Shown: piece after piece, positions 40,107-49,907 of the stretch
Layout: every line of letters begins with the position of its first letter
How positions within the stretch are numbered: the first letter of the stretch is position 1
Source of the DNA: an uncultured Acidobacteriota bacterium
Lineage (GTDB): Bacteria > Acidobacteriota > Thermoanaerobaculia > Gp7-AA8
DNA: 64,000 nt
Direction of reading: 5' to 3'
Assembly: GCA_963822445.1 (NCBI GenBank)
Contig: CAWGHO010000001.1
Coordinates: 608,001 to 672,000, forward strand
The notes under the pieces: model-generated
What the model saw: the letters and a program-made list of their open reading frames with translations, nothing else
Told to the model about the DNA's origin: nothing
The model's database searches: none
Made by a program: the position numbers and the translations under genes

Positions 40107-40796
40107 ATGCAGCATCGATTTGCAGTTTTGGCAGGTGTGTGTGTGGTGATGATGGCGCTGACCGGATCCATCGCAGCACAGGACGCATTTCAGCTTCAGC
40201 CGTTCGAGTACGACCCGGACAACGCATGTGACGTGACCGCGCAGTGGCAGGACGGAGCGATCGTGCTCGCGAAAAACTGTCCGACCGCGACCAACGCCGC
40301 GGCGGGCATCGACATCGTCTCCGATCTCGAAGGGCAGGACGTCAGCAACCTCACCGAGTTGAACTTCGAGTATGAGAACGGCGGCCATTGCGGAGCGGGC
40401 GCGCCTCGCTTCAACGTCATCGTCGATGGCGCGATCTACTTCCTCGGCTGCACGGCCGGCACGCACACCGACCTCGGCAACGGCTGGACGCGCGTCGAGT
40501 TCACCGCGACTGATTTCGCCACGGCAGGCATTCCAGTAACCGGCACGCTCGAAGACCTGATGATCATCTTCGACGAAGGTACGGACACGCCCGTCGGCGG
40601 ATCGATCGGCACGGCCGGCACGGTCACGCTCGACAACATCAGCGTGAATGGCGATGTGGTCGGCGACTCGGTCAAACCAACGTCGAAGGATCAGTGCAAG
40701 AACGGCGGATGGATGACGTTCCAGGACCCCAGCTTCAAGAACCAGGGGCAGTGCGTCAGCTATGTGACCAGCAACCGCGGCGGCAAGCGCCGCTAA
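40107..40796 (+). CDS. Secreted protein with C-terminal PTSKDQCKNGGW...FKNQGQCVS module
   Basis: SD GAGGAGG, signal peptide, paired Cys. Confidence 0.8.
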   Translation: MQHRFAVLAGVCVVMMALTGSIAAQDAFQLQPFEYDPDNACDVTAQWQDGAIVLAKNCPTATNAAAGIDIVSDLEGQDVSNLTELNFEYENGGHCGAGAPRFNVIVDGAIYFLGCTAGTHTDLGNGWTRVEFTATDFATAGIPVTGTLEDLMIIFDEGTDTPVGGSIGTAGTVTLDNISVNGDVVGDSVKPTSKDQCKNGGWMTFQDPSFKNQGQCVSYVTSNRGGKRR

Positions 40797-40802
40797 CGCA
40801 GC

Positions 40803-42563
40803 TCAAAGGGCGGCCGGAAGGCCGCCCTTTTCTCGTCCACACAACCACTCGTGCGTCAGCCCGAGGGCGAGGTTCCACACCACCCACCCCAGAATCGCCG
40901 GCGTCAGATGCAGCCATTCGTCATAGCCGACGACCAGGTGCACGGCGAGAGCGCAGGCGAAAGCGATGTTCCCGCCGGTCGCGAGTGCGATCCACAGCCA
41001 GCGAGCGCCGGCCCGGAAACCCCACTGCGCCGCGAGCCAGACGGCGATGCCGTTGGCGATGAGCATTCCGCCGAGGGTGGCGCGGTCGTGCGCGACGAGC
41101 GAGATCAGGCGGTCGTACGAGACGCGCAGCTCCGCGGCGGTCGTGCGCATGAACTCGAGATCGGTCCGCACGAACACGCTGGTGCAACCGATGATCGTGA
41201 TCACGAGACCGGCGCCGGTGAGGCCGATGCCGAGGAGGATGAAGAGGAGCTGGCCCCACTGGCCGCGGCGCCAGGCGGCGGTCTCGCGCCACTCGGCGGC
41301 GGGCGGCTGCGGCGGTGACGGCCGCAGGACGAGACACAGCAGCAGGAACTGCGTGAGGATCGCCGTCACGAAGGCGTGGAAGGGATCGAAGTAGCCGAAG
41401 CCGAGGAAGGTGAAGAACGTCAGGAATCCGACGGTTGCGGATGCGACGACCGTCACCTGCGCCCAATGCGCGCCGCGGCGGATGCCGTACCACCCCAACG
41501 CGGCGTAGAGGATGCCGATGCTCAACATCGTTCCCGCGAGCGAGACGCGGTCGTGGGCCATGAACGGAAGGAGACGCGGATTGAGCGACGCCATCTGCGC
41601 GCGCGTCAGACCACAGAGACTTTCGTCGTAAGGCAGGACGACGCGAGTCGAGGCGATGATCACGGCGAGGATGCCGCCGAAGATCATCCCGGCGCCCATC
41701 AGCGTGGCCCAGAACCACGAACTGCGCGCCGCGTCGAGCGTGAGCGGTTCCGCGGTCGCGGTTTCGCCGGTTCGCTCCGACAGCAACGCTTCGTTGCAAC
41801 GCTTGATCAATCCGGGACCGGAGCAGACCAGTCCCGCGTCGATGGAGACGATGTCCGCGCCCGCCTCGAGGAGTGATTTCACTTCGTGCGGCTCGGTTGC
41901 GCCGGAGGCGACGAGAATCGCGCCTGGCGGAAGTTGGGAGCGCATTTCGCGGACGGCGGCGGCATCCGCTTGCAACCACGCAATGCCGTTGACGAGAACC
42001 GGGCGCCGCGACGCGCCCGCATCTTCAGCATTCGACGGTTCGACGACGAACATCGCCGCGTGCTCTTCGAGGCGCTCGATGATCCTGCGCACCGCGGCGC
42101 CGTCTTGTGCCGCGATGCGAACGGCGATGGGCACCGCGCGATCGCGATGCGCGAGATTTCTCGCGACCTCGTCCACGCTCACGACGATCGGCTTCGCGGC
42201 CTCGACCGAGCGTCGACCGAGGTCGACGCGCCATCCCGGATCGGCGAGCGTTGCCTCCTCGGCGACCGGACCGATCTCGATCATCCCCACGCCGAATCGC
42301 GCGAAGGCCGCCAGCGCGTCACCGTGTGGATCGATCAGCGCGCCGAGCGCGATCGGACCCCGCAACTCGAGCGAGCCAGCGCGCGTGCGAAGCCGCGGAT
42401 CGGGTTGCATGTGCCCGAGAAAGTCGATCAGCTTCAGGCCGAACGGCAGCCGCGCGAGCGTCCGCAACGTGCCGGTTGCCAGCCGGCGCGAGCGCTCCGC
42501 GCCGGCGGCCAGCATCAGCGGACGCAAGACGGTGCGGTAGCTCCAGTCCGGCACGGCGACCAT
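40803..42563 (-). CDS. Dihydroorotate-dehydrogenase-like domain fused to an ~8-TM domain
   Basis: YRTVLRPLM..AE, PIALGA..D, GMIEIG, GAD.V...GLV.SGPGL; duplicated HDR-containing TM unit. Confidence 0.75.
   Translation of the reverse strand: MVAVPDWSYRTVLRPLMLAAGAERSRRLATGTLRTLARLPFGLKLIDFLGHMQPDPRLRTRAGSLELRGPIALGALIDPHGDALAAFARFGVGMIEIGPVAEEATLADPGWRVDLGRRSVEAAKPIVVSVDEVARNLAHRDRAVPIAVRIAAQDGAAVRRIIERLEEHAAMFVVEPSNAEDAGASRRPVLVNGIAWLQADAAAVREMRSQLPPGAILVASGATEPHEVKSLLEAGADIVSIDAGLVCSGPGLIKRCNEALLSERTGETATAEPLTLDAARSSWFWATLMGAGMIFGGILAVIIASTRVVLPYDESLCGLTRAQMASLNPRLLPFMAHDRVSLAGTMLSIGILYAALGWYGIRRGAHWAQVTVVASATVGFLTFFTFLGFGYFDPFHAFVTAILTQFLLLCLVLRPSPPQPPAAEWRETAAWRRGQWGQLLFILLGIGLTGAGLVITIIGCTSVFVRTDLEFMRTTAAELRVSYDRLISLVAHDRATLGGMLIANGIAVWLAAQWGFRAGARWLWIALATGGNIAFACALAVHLVVGYDEWLHLTPAILGWVVWNLALGLTHEWLCGREKGGLPAAL
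40805..40831. terminator. Bidirectional terminator hairpin between convergent genes
   Basis: AAAGGGCGGCC-GGAA-GGCCGCCCTTTT. Confidence 0.75.
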
Positions 42564-42609
42564 CGTAAACGGTCCAGGACCATTACCTCATGGGGTTGAT
42601 AATGGCTCT

Positions 42610-44166
42610 ATGAAACGCGCTCGCATGCTGCTCGTCTTCATCCTTGCCGCAACCGCTCTGACGGCGAGCGCGCAGGAAGACCCGAAATTCAGCGCGCACT
42701 TGCCCGGCTGGTATCTTTCCGAGGGCGGACCCCAGGAGTTCTACATCGCCGCTTCCGGCTCCGTCAGAGCAACGACGGTCGTCTCGTGGTCCTGCAACTT
42801 CCCGGCGATCGGTTTCCAGAACAGCGGGTCGGTGACCTTTCACCGGGGTGACGGCGTCCAGCGCTTCAACGTCTACTTCCCCTGGGACGGCTGGTACCGC
42901 GACCCTCATGAGGGAACGATCTCGATTTCGTACACGCGCAACGGAAGCGTGGAGACCGAGACCACTTATCCCATTGCCTCTTACGCCTTCCCGTTTCTGA
43001 CGGTCGACGACCTCCGGGTCGTCGAAGGCGACGAAGAGCAGGCCGCCTCGCTGCGGTTCTCACGCCCGTCGCACGTACCCTGGCTGCTGAACATCTCTGC
43101 CGGCGACGAAACGGCGCACGAAGCATCCGACTTCAGCCTCACGGATCGCGAAGTCACCTTCGCCGCCGGCGCAACCACGTCGCAGGTGCGGTTCCGCGCA
43201 CCGAAAGACGGCGTTCCGGAGGGTGAGGAGACCTTCATCCTCAAAGCGGAGTCAGTCAGAAAGTTCGACTTCTACGACACTCCGTACCTCGCAGGGACGG
43301 GCACGATCACGATCGATGACTCGGAGATCACCGCACACGCCGACCCGTCGACGATCACGATTTTCAGTGGCGACCCGTTCGATGTGTCGGTCACGTTGAA
43401 CCGCCCGTTGAGCAGCTCGGAAACTGTAACGGCGTCGATCGAGACGAGCGACATCCAGGTCGTGAAGCCGCAGCTGGCCGCGGTGCCGTTACACCCCGGC
43501 AGCACGAGTTTCAGTGTGCCGCTCGAAACCGATCACGAAGGCGACGCAATCATCACCGTCTCGTTCCCCGAGGCCCTCGGCGTAGCTCCTGTGAACGTGC
43601 CCGTGCGCGTCTTCAGCGGCGAAGTGACCTTCGATCGCGTATCCGTCACGTTGCGGAAGACCGAACAAGCCAGCGTGGGAATGCGCATGACGCCGGCGCC
43701 ACCACAACCGGTTGTGGCGCCGATCCAGCTCTCGGGCCTCGGCGTCCTCAGACTCGACGACGCTCCGCCGATCGGCACCGACGGAGCGTCCATCGTCACC
43801 TTTACCGCCGTCGCCGCCGGACAGGCCGAGATTTACGCAATGAACCGAAGCGGCAATCCGGCCCTCCTGACCGTCAACGTCCTCGAGGCCGTGGCCGCAA
43901 AATCGCTCGCGCCGGCCGCCGGACCGACGGCCGGTGGCACCCCGGTCACGATCACCGGCACCGGCTTCGCCGGCGCCTGCCAGGTCGCATTCGACGACAT
44001 CGCCTCACCTTCCGTGACGGTCCTGAACGACACCACCATTCGCGCAATCGCGCCTGCACACCCCGCCGGGATCGCCGATGTGACAGTCACTTGCGACGGT
44101 CATGCGGGGACGCTCCCGGGATCGTTCACATTCACCAGCGCATCGCGCCGCCGCTCGGTGAGATGA
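42610..44166 (+). CDS. Secreted Calx-beta plus IPT/TIG domain protein
   Basis: Signal peptide; VVEGD..PEGEETF; GPTAGGTPVTITGTGF; ends RRRSVR. Confidence 0.85.
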   Translation: MKRARMLLVFILAATALTASAQEDPKFSAHLPGWYLSEGGPQEFYIAASGSVRATTVVSWSCNFPAIGFQNSGSVTFHRGDGVQRFNVYFPWDGWYRDPHEGTISISYTRNGSVETETTYPIASYAFPFLTVDDLRVVEGDEEQAASLRFSRPSHVPWLLNISAGDETAHEASDFSLTDREVTFAAGATTSQVRFRAPKDGVPEGEETFILKAESVRKFDFYDTPYLAGTGTITIDDSEITAHADPSTITIFSGDPFDVSVTLNRPLSSSETVTASIETSDIQVVKPQLAAVPLHPGSTSFSVPLETDHEGDAIITVSFPEALGVAPVNVPVRVFSGEVTFDRVSVTLRKTEQASVGMRMTPAPPQPVVAPIQLSGLGVLRLDDAPPIGTDGASIVTFTAVAAGQAEIYAMNRSGNPALLTVNVLEAVAAKSLAPAAGPTAGGTPVTITGTGFAGACQVAFDDIASPSVTVLNDTTIRAIAPAHPAGIADVTVTCDGHAGTLPGSFTFTSASRRRSVR

Positions 44167-44253
44167 GCGCCATTCATCCGGAAATCAGGTCGCCATCTCG
44201 CGCGGTCTCGGGTAAGGTCCGCCGTCCAGGAGAAATCCGGGAGGTAGAACGAC

Positions 44254-45153
44254 GTGCAGTTCCGAGACGCGGCGACCGCATTCATCCTCCACTGTGAATC
44301 GATCCGGAAGCTCTCGCCCCACACCATCCGCGCCTACGAGCTGGACCTCGCGCGTTTCTCCCACTTCCTAGGCAAGCGCGCAGCCGTCGTGGCCTGCGAC
44401 AAGACGAAGATCCACGACTACGTCCGCCATCTCTTCGACGCACGGGAGCTGAAGGAATCGAGCGTGAAGCGCCATCTGGCCACGCTCCGCTCGCTGTTCC
44501 GCTGGCTGGAGGAAGATGGCCATGGCATCGAAGACCCGTTCCGCGGCGCCAGGATCCGGATCCGCATGCCGAAGCGCCTTCCCCGAGTCATTGCCCGATC
44601 CGACCTCCGCCGCCTCCTCCTTCACGACCGCCCCCACACCTTCGCCGACCTCACCGCGTACGTCGCCACGGAGCTGCTCTTCGCCACCGGCATGCGTGTG
44701 AGCGAGCTGGCCACGTTGATCGACGCAGCGGTGGATGTGGATGACGGGACGATCACGATCATCGGCAAGGGCAACCGCCAGCGGCGGGTCTTCGTCCCCG
44801 ACGAGCTGAAGTCGCTCCTCCGCGATTACCGCATCGCCCGCGACCGGGCCTGCACATCCGCCGACACGTTCCTCGTCAACTCGCGTGGCGAGGCAGCGTC
44901 GCCGCAGATGATCCGCCGCCTAGTGCGCCTGCACGGCGAGCGAAGCTCGGTCCGCGACCGCGTCACCCCGCACATGTTCCGGCACTCCGTGGCGACGTAC
45001 CTGCTGGAGGAAGGCGTGGACATCCGCTACGTCCAACGCCTCCTCGGCCATCGCAGCATCTCCACGACCGAGATCTACACGCACGTTGCCGATGCGGCGT
45101 TGAAGGTGAAGGTTACGGAGAGGCATCCGCGGAGGGGGATTGTGGCGAGGTAG
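44254..45153 (+). CDS. Tyrosine recombinase (XerC/XerD-like)
   Basis: SPHTIRAY, TGMRVSEL, GKGNRQR, HMFRHS, LLGH, TEIY; all catalytic residues present. Confidence 0.93.
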   Translation: MQFRDAATAFILHCESIRKLSPHTIRAYELDLARFSHFLGKRAAVVACDKTKIHDYVRHLFDARELKESSVKRHLATLRSLFRWLEEDGHGIEDPFRGARIRIRMPKRLPRVIARSDLRRLLLHDRPHTFADLTAYVATELLFATGMRVSELATLIDAAVDVDDGTITIIGKGNRQRRVFVPDELKSLLRDYRIARDRACTSADTFLVNSRGEAASPQMIRRLVRLHGERSSVRDRVTPHMFRHSVATYLLEEGVDIRYVQRLLGHRSISTTEIYTHVADAALKVKVTERHPRRGIVAR

Positions 45154-45202
45154 GTGAGAAAACTCACACCGCCGCTTCCCCGCCCCACCCCATACTCCCC
45201 CG

Positions 45203-47026
45203 ATGCCGTATCGCCTGCTTTCTCTCTCTTTATTGCTCGTTCTCGCGTTCAACTCCATCGCCGCCACACGCGGCGGACCGATTCCCGTGCCGCTGCCGCT
45301 GTTTCCGCAGAACAACTGGTGGAACATCGACGTCTCCAATGCGCCGACGGTCGCCAGCCCCAACTACAACGCCCTCGGCGGCACCAATCAACAGTTGCAT
45401 CCCGACTTCGGCGGCGACGCCGGCGGCGGCTACGTCTACGGCATCCCCTTCGTTCAGGTCGACGGCTCCCAGCCGAAGCTCGAGGTCGATTTCGTGGAGT
45501 CCCCCGAAGAGAGCGACGGCGTTGGTCAGGCCTTCTACCCAGTGCCCGCTGAAGCGATCACCATGAACGGCTGGATCGAGGGGGGCCTCCCCGGGAACAT
45601 CGACGACCGCGACGAGGGCGATCGCCATCTGATCATCGTCGACACCACCAACAACGATCTCTACGAGCTGTATGACGTCTTCTACAACGGCACGAACTGG
45701 GAAGCGGGATCGGGCGCGTTCTTCGACATGGACACGAACAACCGGCGCCCCGAGACCTGGACGTCAGCGGATGCAGCGGGCTTGGCCATCCTGCCCGGGC
45801 TCGTGCGCTACGACGAGGTGTACGGGCCCGATGAGATCCGCCACGCCTTCCGCTTCACGACCAATGGGAGCAATGGCCACGTCTTCCCCGCGTCGCATAC
45901 CGCGGGCTCGAACCCGGACCGCTTCCCGATGGGGACGCGGCTACGGCTCAAGGCCTCCAAAGACATCTCCGGCTACCCGGCGGAGATGCAGAAGATTTTC
46001 AGGGCCATGAAGAAATACGGCCTGATCCTCGCCGACAACGGCACTCACATGTACATCACCGGTGAATACGATCCGCGTTGGGACAACGACATCCTCAACC
46101 CGGCGTTCCATTCGCTGAAGGCCGGAGACTTCGAAGTAATCCAGCTCGGCTGGCATCCGACGGTCTCGCTCGTCCTGACCCTGCCGCAGAACATGGGCGC
46201 GGGCGACGCCGCCACGGCAACGCTCACCGCGTACGGCTCCGACTTCAACGTCGCCACGGGCTACACCGGCACGGTTCACTTCACGAGCACCGACGGCTCG
46301 GCGACGCTGCCGCTCGATTACACCTTCACGCCCGGCGACAACGGGACGCACACCTTCCCCGCCGGTTTCATCCTGCGCACGGCCGGCAGCCAGATCGTGA
46401 CCGTGACCGACAACGCCAACCCGACCATCACCGGCACCGACGGCGTGACCGTCGGTCCGCCCACGCCAACCGGACTTGCGGCGAATGCCGTCTCGACGAC
46501 GCAGGTCAATCTGTCGTGGAGCCCTTCGACCGGCGCGACGCAGTATGAGATCTCCCGCGCTTCCGCGACTTCGGCCTACGCGCCGCTGACCATGACGGCG
46601 TCCACGACGTTCTCCGACACGACCGCAACCGCCGGCGCTACGTTCGTCTACAAGGTTCGCGCGCTCGACGCGTCCTCACGACCGTCGCCGTTCAGCGCAC
46701 CCGATGCCGCGACCACGATTCTCTTCACCGAGGATCCGGTCGTAGCCGCAACGACCACCGTCAAAGCCGTTCATCTGACCGAGCTCCGCACCGCCGCGAA
46801 CGCCATGCGCGCCGCCGCCGGCCTCGGCGCCGCCGCGTTCATCGACCCGAGCCTGAGCGGCATCGCCATCAAAGCAGTTCATCTTCAGGAACTGCGCACG
46901 GCGATCGAGGCGGCACGCGCGTCCCTCGGACTGACGGCGAGCACGTTCACCGACCCGACGTTGACCGCCGGCTCGACGATCGTGAAAGCGGCTCACGTCC
47001 AGGAGCTGCGCACCGCCGTGAAGTAG
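45203..47026 (+). CDS. Secreted protein: uncharacterised N-domain, Ig/FN3, C-terminal triple repeat
   Basis: Signal peptide; DRHL..LYEL..WTSADAAGL..GLVRYDEV..IRHA; FN3; KAVH..ELR x3. Confidence 0.85.
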   Translation: MPYRLLSLSLLLVLAFNSIAATRGGPIPVPLPLFPQNNWWNIDVSNAPTVASPNYNALGGTNQQLHPDFGGDAGGGYVYGIPFVQVDGSQPKLEVDFVESPEESDGVGQAFYPVPAEAITMNGWIEGGLPGNIDDRDEGDRHLIIVDTTNNDLYELYDVFYNGTNWEAGSGAFFDMDTNNRRPETWTSADAAGLAILPGLVRYDEVYGPDEIRHAFRFTTNGSNGHVFPASHTAGSNPDRFPMGTRLRLKASKDISGYPAEMQKIFRAMKKYGLILADNGTHMYITGEYDPRWDNDILNPAFHSLKAGDFEVIQLGWHPTVSLVLTLPQNMGAGDAATATLTAYGSDFNVATGYTGTVHFTSTDGSATLPLDYTFTPGDNGTHTFPAGFILRTAGSQIVTVTDNANPTITGTDGVTVGPPTPTGLAANAVSTTQVNLSWSPSTGATQYEISRASATSAYAPLTMTASTTFSDTTATAGATFVYKVRALDASSRPSPFSAPDAATTILFTEDPVVAATTTVKAVHLTELRTAANAMRAAAGLGAAAFIDPSLSGIAIKAVHLQELRTAIEAARASLGLTASTFTDPTLTAGSTIVKAAHVQELRTAVK

Positions 47027-47035
47027 CCTTACCGG

Positions 47036-48070
47036 ATGATCTTCCGCGTACTCACTTTCGCTGCGCTCCTCCTCGCCGGTGTACCGGCGGCATTTGCGTC
47101 GCCGGCACGGCAACAGTTACCCGTTCTCGACATGCACCTGCACGCGGAGCCAATCGAGACTTACGGTCCGCCGCCGGTCGGGATCTGCGCGCCGTACACG
47201 ACCTGGCCGAGGTACGACCCCTCCGAGGCGGAAGGCGCCTACGCGATGCGCTTCGTCAAAGGGCCTCCCTGCGAGAAGCCGCTCTGGTCGCCGACGACCG
47301 ATGACGCATTCATGAAGGACACCCTCGCCGCACTCGAACGTCGAAACGTATGGGCCGTGACGAGCGGCAAACTCGACGTCGTCACGCGCTGGCGCCGGAG
47401 CTCGAACCGCATCATCCCCGCCCTCGGCTTCTCCATCCCCGAGGCGGACGAGACGATGAGTGTCGAGGCCGTGCGGGAGCTGATCAGAACGAAACGGATC
47501 TCGGTCTTTGGTGAAGTCACGAACCAGTACTTCGGCATCGCTCCCGACGATCCCCGCTTCGAGTCCTATCTGGCGCTGCTCGAAGAACTGGATGTTCCGC
47601 TCGCGATCCACGTCGGTCCCGGCCCTCCCGGTTCCCCTCTCCTCGCGCCGGTTTTTCGGAATTACACCGCGGCCGCGCACGACCCGCGCACGCTCGAGCC
47701 CATCCTGCGGAAGCATCCCCGCCTGCGCGTCTACGCGATGCACGCCGGCTGGCCGATGATCGACGAGATGATCGCCATGCTCTACGTGTACCCGCAGCTC
47801 TACGTCGACGTGGCCATCCTCGCGTACGCCTTCCCGCCGGCCGAGTTCTATCGCTATATCGACCGCCTGGTGACCGCGGGCTTCGGGAAACGGATCATGT
47901 ACGGCTCGGATCAGATGGTCTGGCCGCAGGCGATCGAGATCTCGATCCGCCGGATCGAGGACGCGCCCACGCTGACCTCCGAGCAGAAGCGGGACATCCT
48001 GTACAACAACGCCGCGCGTTTCCTGCGGCTTTCGCAAGAGGAGATCGCGCGCCATCACGGAAGCGATTGA
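47036..48070 (+). CDS. Secreted amidohydrolase-2 family protein
   Basis: DMHLH, FGE, IH, MHAGWP, MYGSD, ILYNNAARF. Confidence 0.9.
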   Translation: MIFRVLTFAALLLAGVPAAFASPARQQLPVLDMHLHAEPIETYGPPPVGICAPYTTWPRYDPSEAEGAYAMRFVKGPPCEKPLWSPTTDDAFMKDTLAALERRNVWAVTSGKLDVVTRWRRSSNRIIPALGFSIPEADETMSVEAVRELIRTKRISVFGEVTNQYFGIAPDDPRFESYLALLEELDVPLAIHVGPGPPGSPLLAPVFRNYTAAAHDPRTLEPILRKHPRLRVYAMHAGWPMIDEMIAMLYVYPQLYVDVAILAYAFPPAEFYRYIDRLVTAGFGKRIMYGSDQMVWPQAIEISIRRIEDAPTLTSEQKRDILYNNAARFLRLSQEEIARHHGSD

Positions 48071-48096
48071 TGCCTCCTGTGCTATGAAGCGCGGTC

Positions 48097-49875
48097 ATGC
48101 AACTGACGGCGCTGCTCATCTCCGCCACGCTCTCCGCGCAGACCGCGATCCTGCCTCCCGCGCCTGAATACAAAGGCGCGAGCCGCGCGTTGATCGTCCC
48201 CGCCGGCGATCCCTGGATCACGCCCGCCGAGACGACGCAGCTCAAGACCACACCGCGATACGACGAGACCGTCGCCTATCTGCGCAAGCTCGTCGCCGCC
48301 GCGCCGCAGTTGCGGATGGTCTCCATCGGCAAGAGTGAGGAAGGCCGCGATCTCTGGATGGTCATCGCCTCGAAAGAGCGCGCCTTCACGCCTGACGCGC
48401 TGCGGCGCACGGGAAAACCGATCCTGTTCGCCCAGGCAGGCATTCACGCCGGCGAGATCGACGGCAAGGACGCGGGACTGATGCTCCTGCGCGACATGAC
48501 CGTCCGCGGCACGAAGCGCGAGCTGCTCGACGGCGCGAACTTTCTCTTCGTCCCCATCTACAACGCCGACGGTCACGAGCGCTTCACCCGCTTCACGCGC
48601 ATCAATCAACGCGGCCCCGAGGAAGGCGGCTGGCGGACCAGCGCGCGCAATCTCAATCTCAACCGGGACTACGTGAAGGCGGATCTGTCGGAAACGCGGG
48701 CGATGATCCGCGCGCTGCGCGAGTGGCAACCCGACGTGTACGTCGACCTGCACGTCACCGACGGCGCGGACTATCAATACGACGTCACCTACGGATGGAA
48801 CTCTCGCGCGGGATGGTCGCCGGCCATCGCCGAATGGCTCGATACGACGTTCCGCGCGCCCGTCGATCGAGGACTGGCCGAAGCGGGACACATTCCGGGG
48901 CCGCTCATCTTCACCGACGATCCGCTGGTCAGCGGGATCAGTAACGGTCAATCCGATCCGCGCCTGTCGAACGGGTACGGCGACGCGCGTCATCTGCCGA
49001 CCGTCCTCGTCGAAAACCACTCCCTCAAGCCCTACGACCAGCGCGTCCTCGGCATGTACGTCTTCCTCGAGCACACGCTGCGCACGCTCGCGCGCAATGC
49101 CGCATCGTTGCGTCAGGCCGTCGCAGCCGATCGCGCGCGACGCGCGGCCACCGTGCCGCTGGCCTGGGGCGTCGGTGCAGGACAAACCGCGACGATCGAG
49201 CTCAAAGGAATCGAGGTGCGCCGCGCTCTCTCGCCGATCAGTGGCGATGTGCGCCTGGAGTGGACCGGCAAACCGGTGACCGCACGCGCGCCGTATCGCG
49301 AAGCGAATGAAGTCACTGTCAGCGCTGCGCGCCCCGTTGCCTACTGGATTCCCGCGGCATGGAGCAACGTCATCTCGATGCTCGATCTGCACGGCGTTCA
49401 GTACGAGCGCACCACCTCACCGCGCGAAGTCGACGTGACCATGGACCGCTTCTCCGACCCGAAGTTCGGTCCGCTGCAATTCGAAGGACACGTGCGCGTC
49501 ACCGCCACCGCGAAGCCGGAGAGCCGTCGCGAGCGTTTCCCGGCCGGATCCGTGCGCGTGCCGACCGACCAGCCCCTGGGCACACTCGCCGTGATCATGC
49601 TCGAGCCGGCGTCGCCCGATTCGCTGTTCCAGTGGGGCTGGTTCCACTCCATCCTCAGCCCGACCGAATACGTCGAGGGCTACATCATGGAACCGATGGC
49701 CGAGCGGATGCTGGCCGAGGATCCGAAGCTCGCCGAGGAGTTCCGGAAGAAGGTGGAAAGCGACGCGGAGTTCCGCGGCAGCAGCCGGGCGCGATTGCAG
49801 TGGCTGTATCAGCGCACGCCGTTTTACGACGAGCGGGCCAGGTTGTATCCGGTGGGACGCGAGCTCGCGCGCTAA
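48097..49875 (+). CDS. M14 zinc carboxypeptidase
   Basis: IGKSEEGR, IHAGE, NADG, NLNRD, VDLH. Confidence 0.92.
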   Translation: MQLTALLISATLSAQTAILPPAPEYKGASRALIVPAGDPWITPAETTQLKTTPRYDETVAYLRKLVAAAPQLRMVSIGKSEEGRDLWMVIASKERAFTPDALRRTGKPILFAQAGIHAGEIDGKDAGLMLLRDMTVRGTKRELLDGANFLFVPIYNADGHERFTRFTRINQRGPEEGGWRTSARNLNLNRDYVKADLSETRAMIRALREWQPDVYVDLHVTDGADYQYDVTYGWNSRAGWSPAIAEWLDTTFRAPVDRGLAEAGHIPGPLIFTDDPLVSGISNGQSDPRLSNGYGDARHLPTVLVENHSLKPYDQRVLGMYVFLEHTLRTLARNAASLRQAVAADRARRAATVPLAWGVGAGQTATIELKGIEVRRALSPISGDVRLEWTGKPVTARAPYREANEVTVSAARPVAYWIPAAWSNVISMLDLHGVQYERTTSPREVDVTMDRFSDPKFGPLQFEGHVRVTATAKPESRRERFPAGSVRVPTDQPLGTLAVIMLEPASPDSLFQWGWFHSILSPTEYVEGYIMEPMAERMLAEDPKLAEEFRKKVESDAEFRGSSRARLQWLYQRTPFYDERARLYPVGRELAR

Positions 49876-49878
49876 AGC

Positions 49879-49894
49879 AGGCAGAGCTGTTGCA
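49879..49894 (+). promoter_or_regulatory. Putative sigma54 promoter
   Basis: AGGCAGAGCTGTTGCA (GG-N10-GC); ATG 15 nt after the -12 C. Confidence 0.5.
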
Positions 49895-49907
49895 GAATGC
49901 GCGACTC

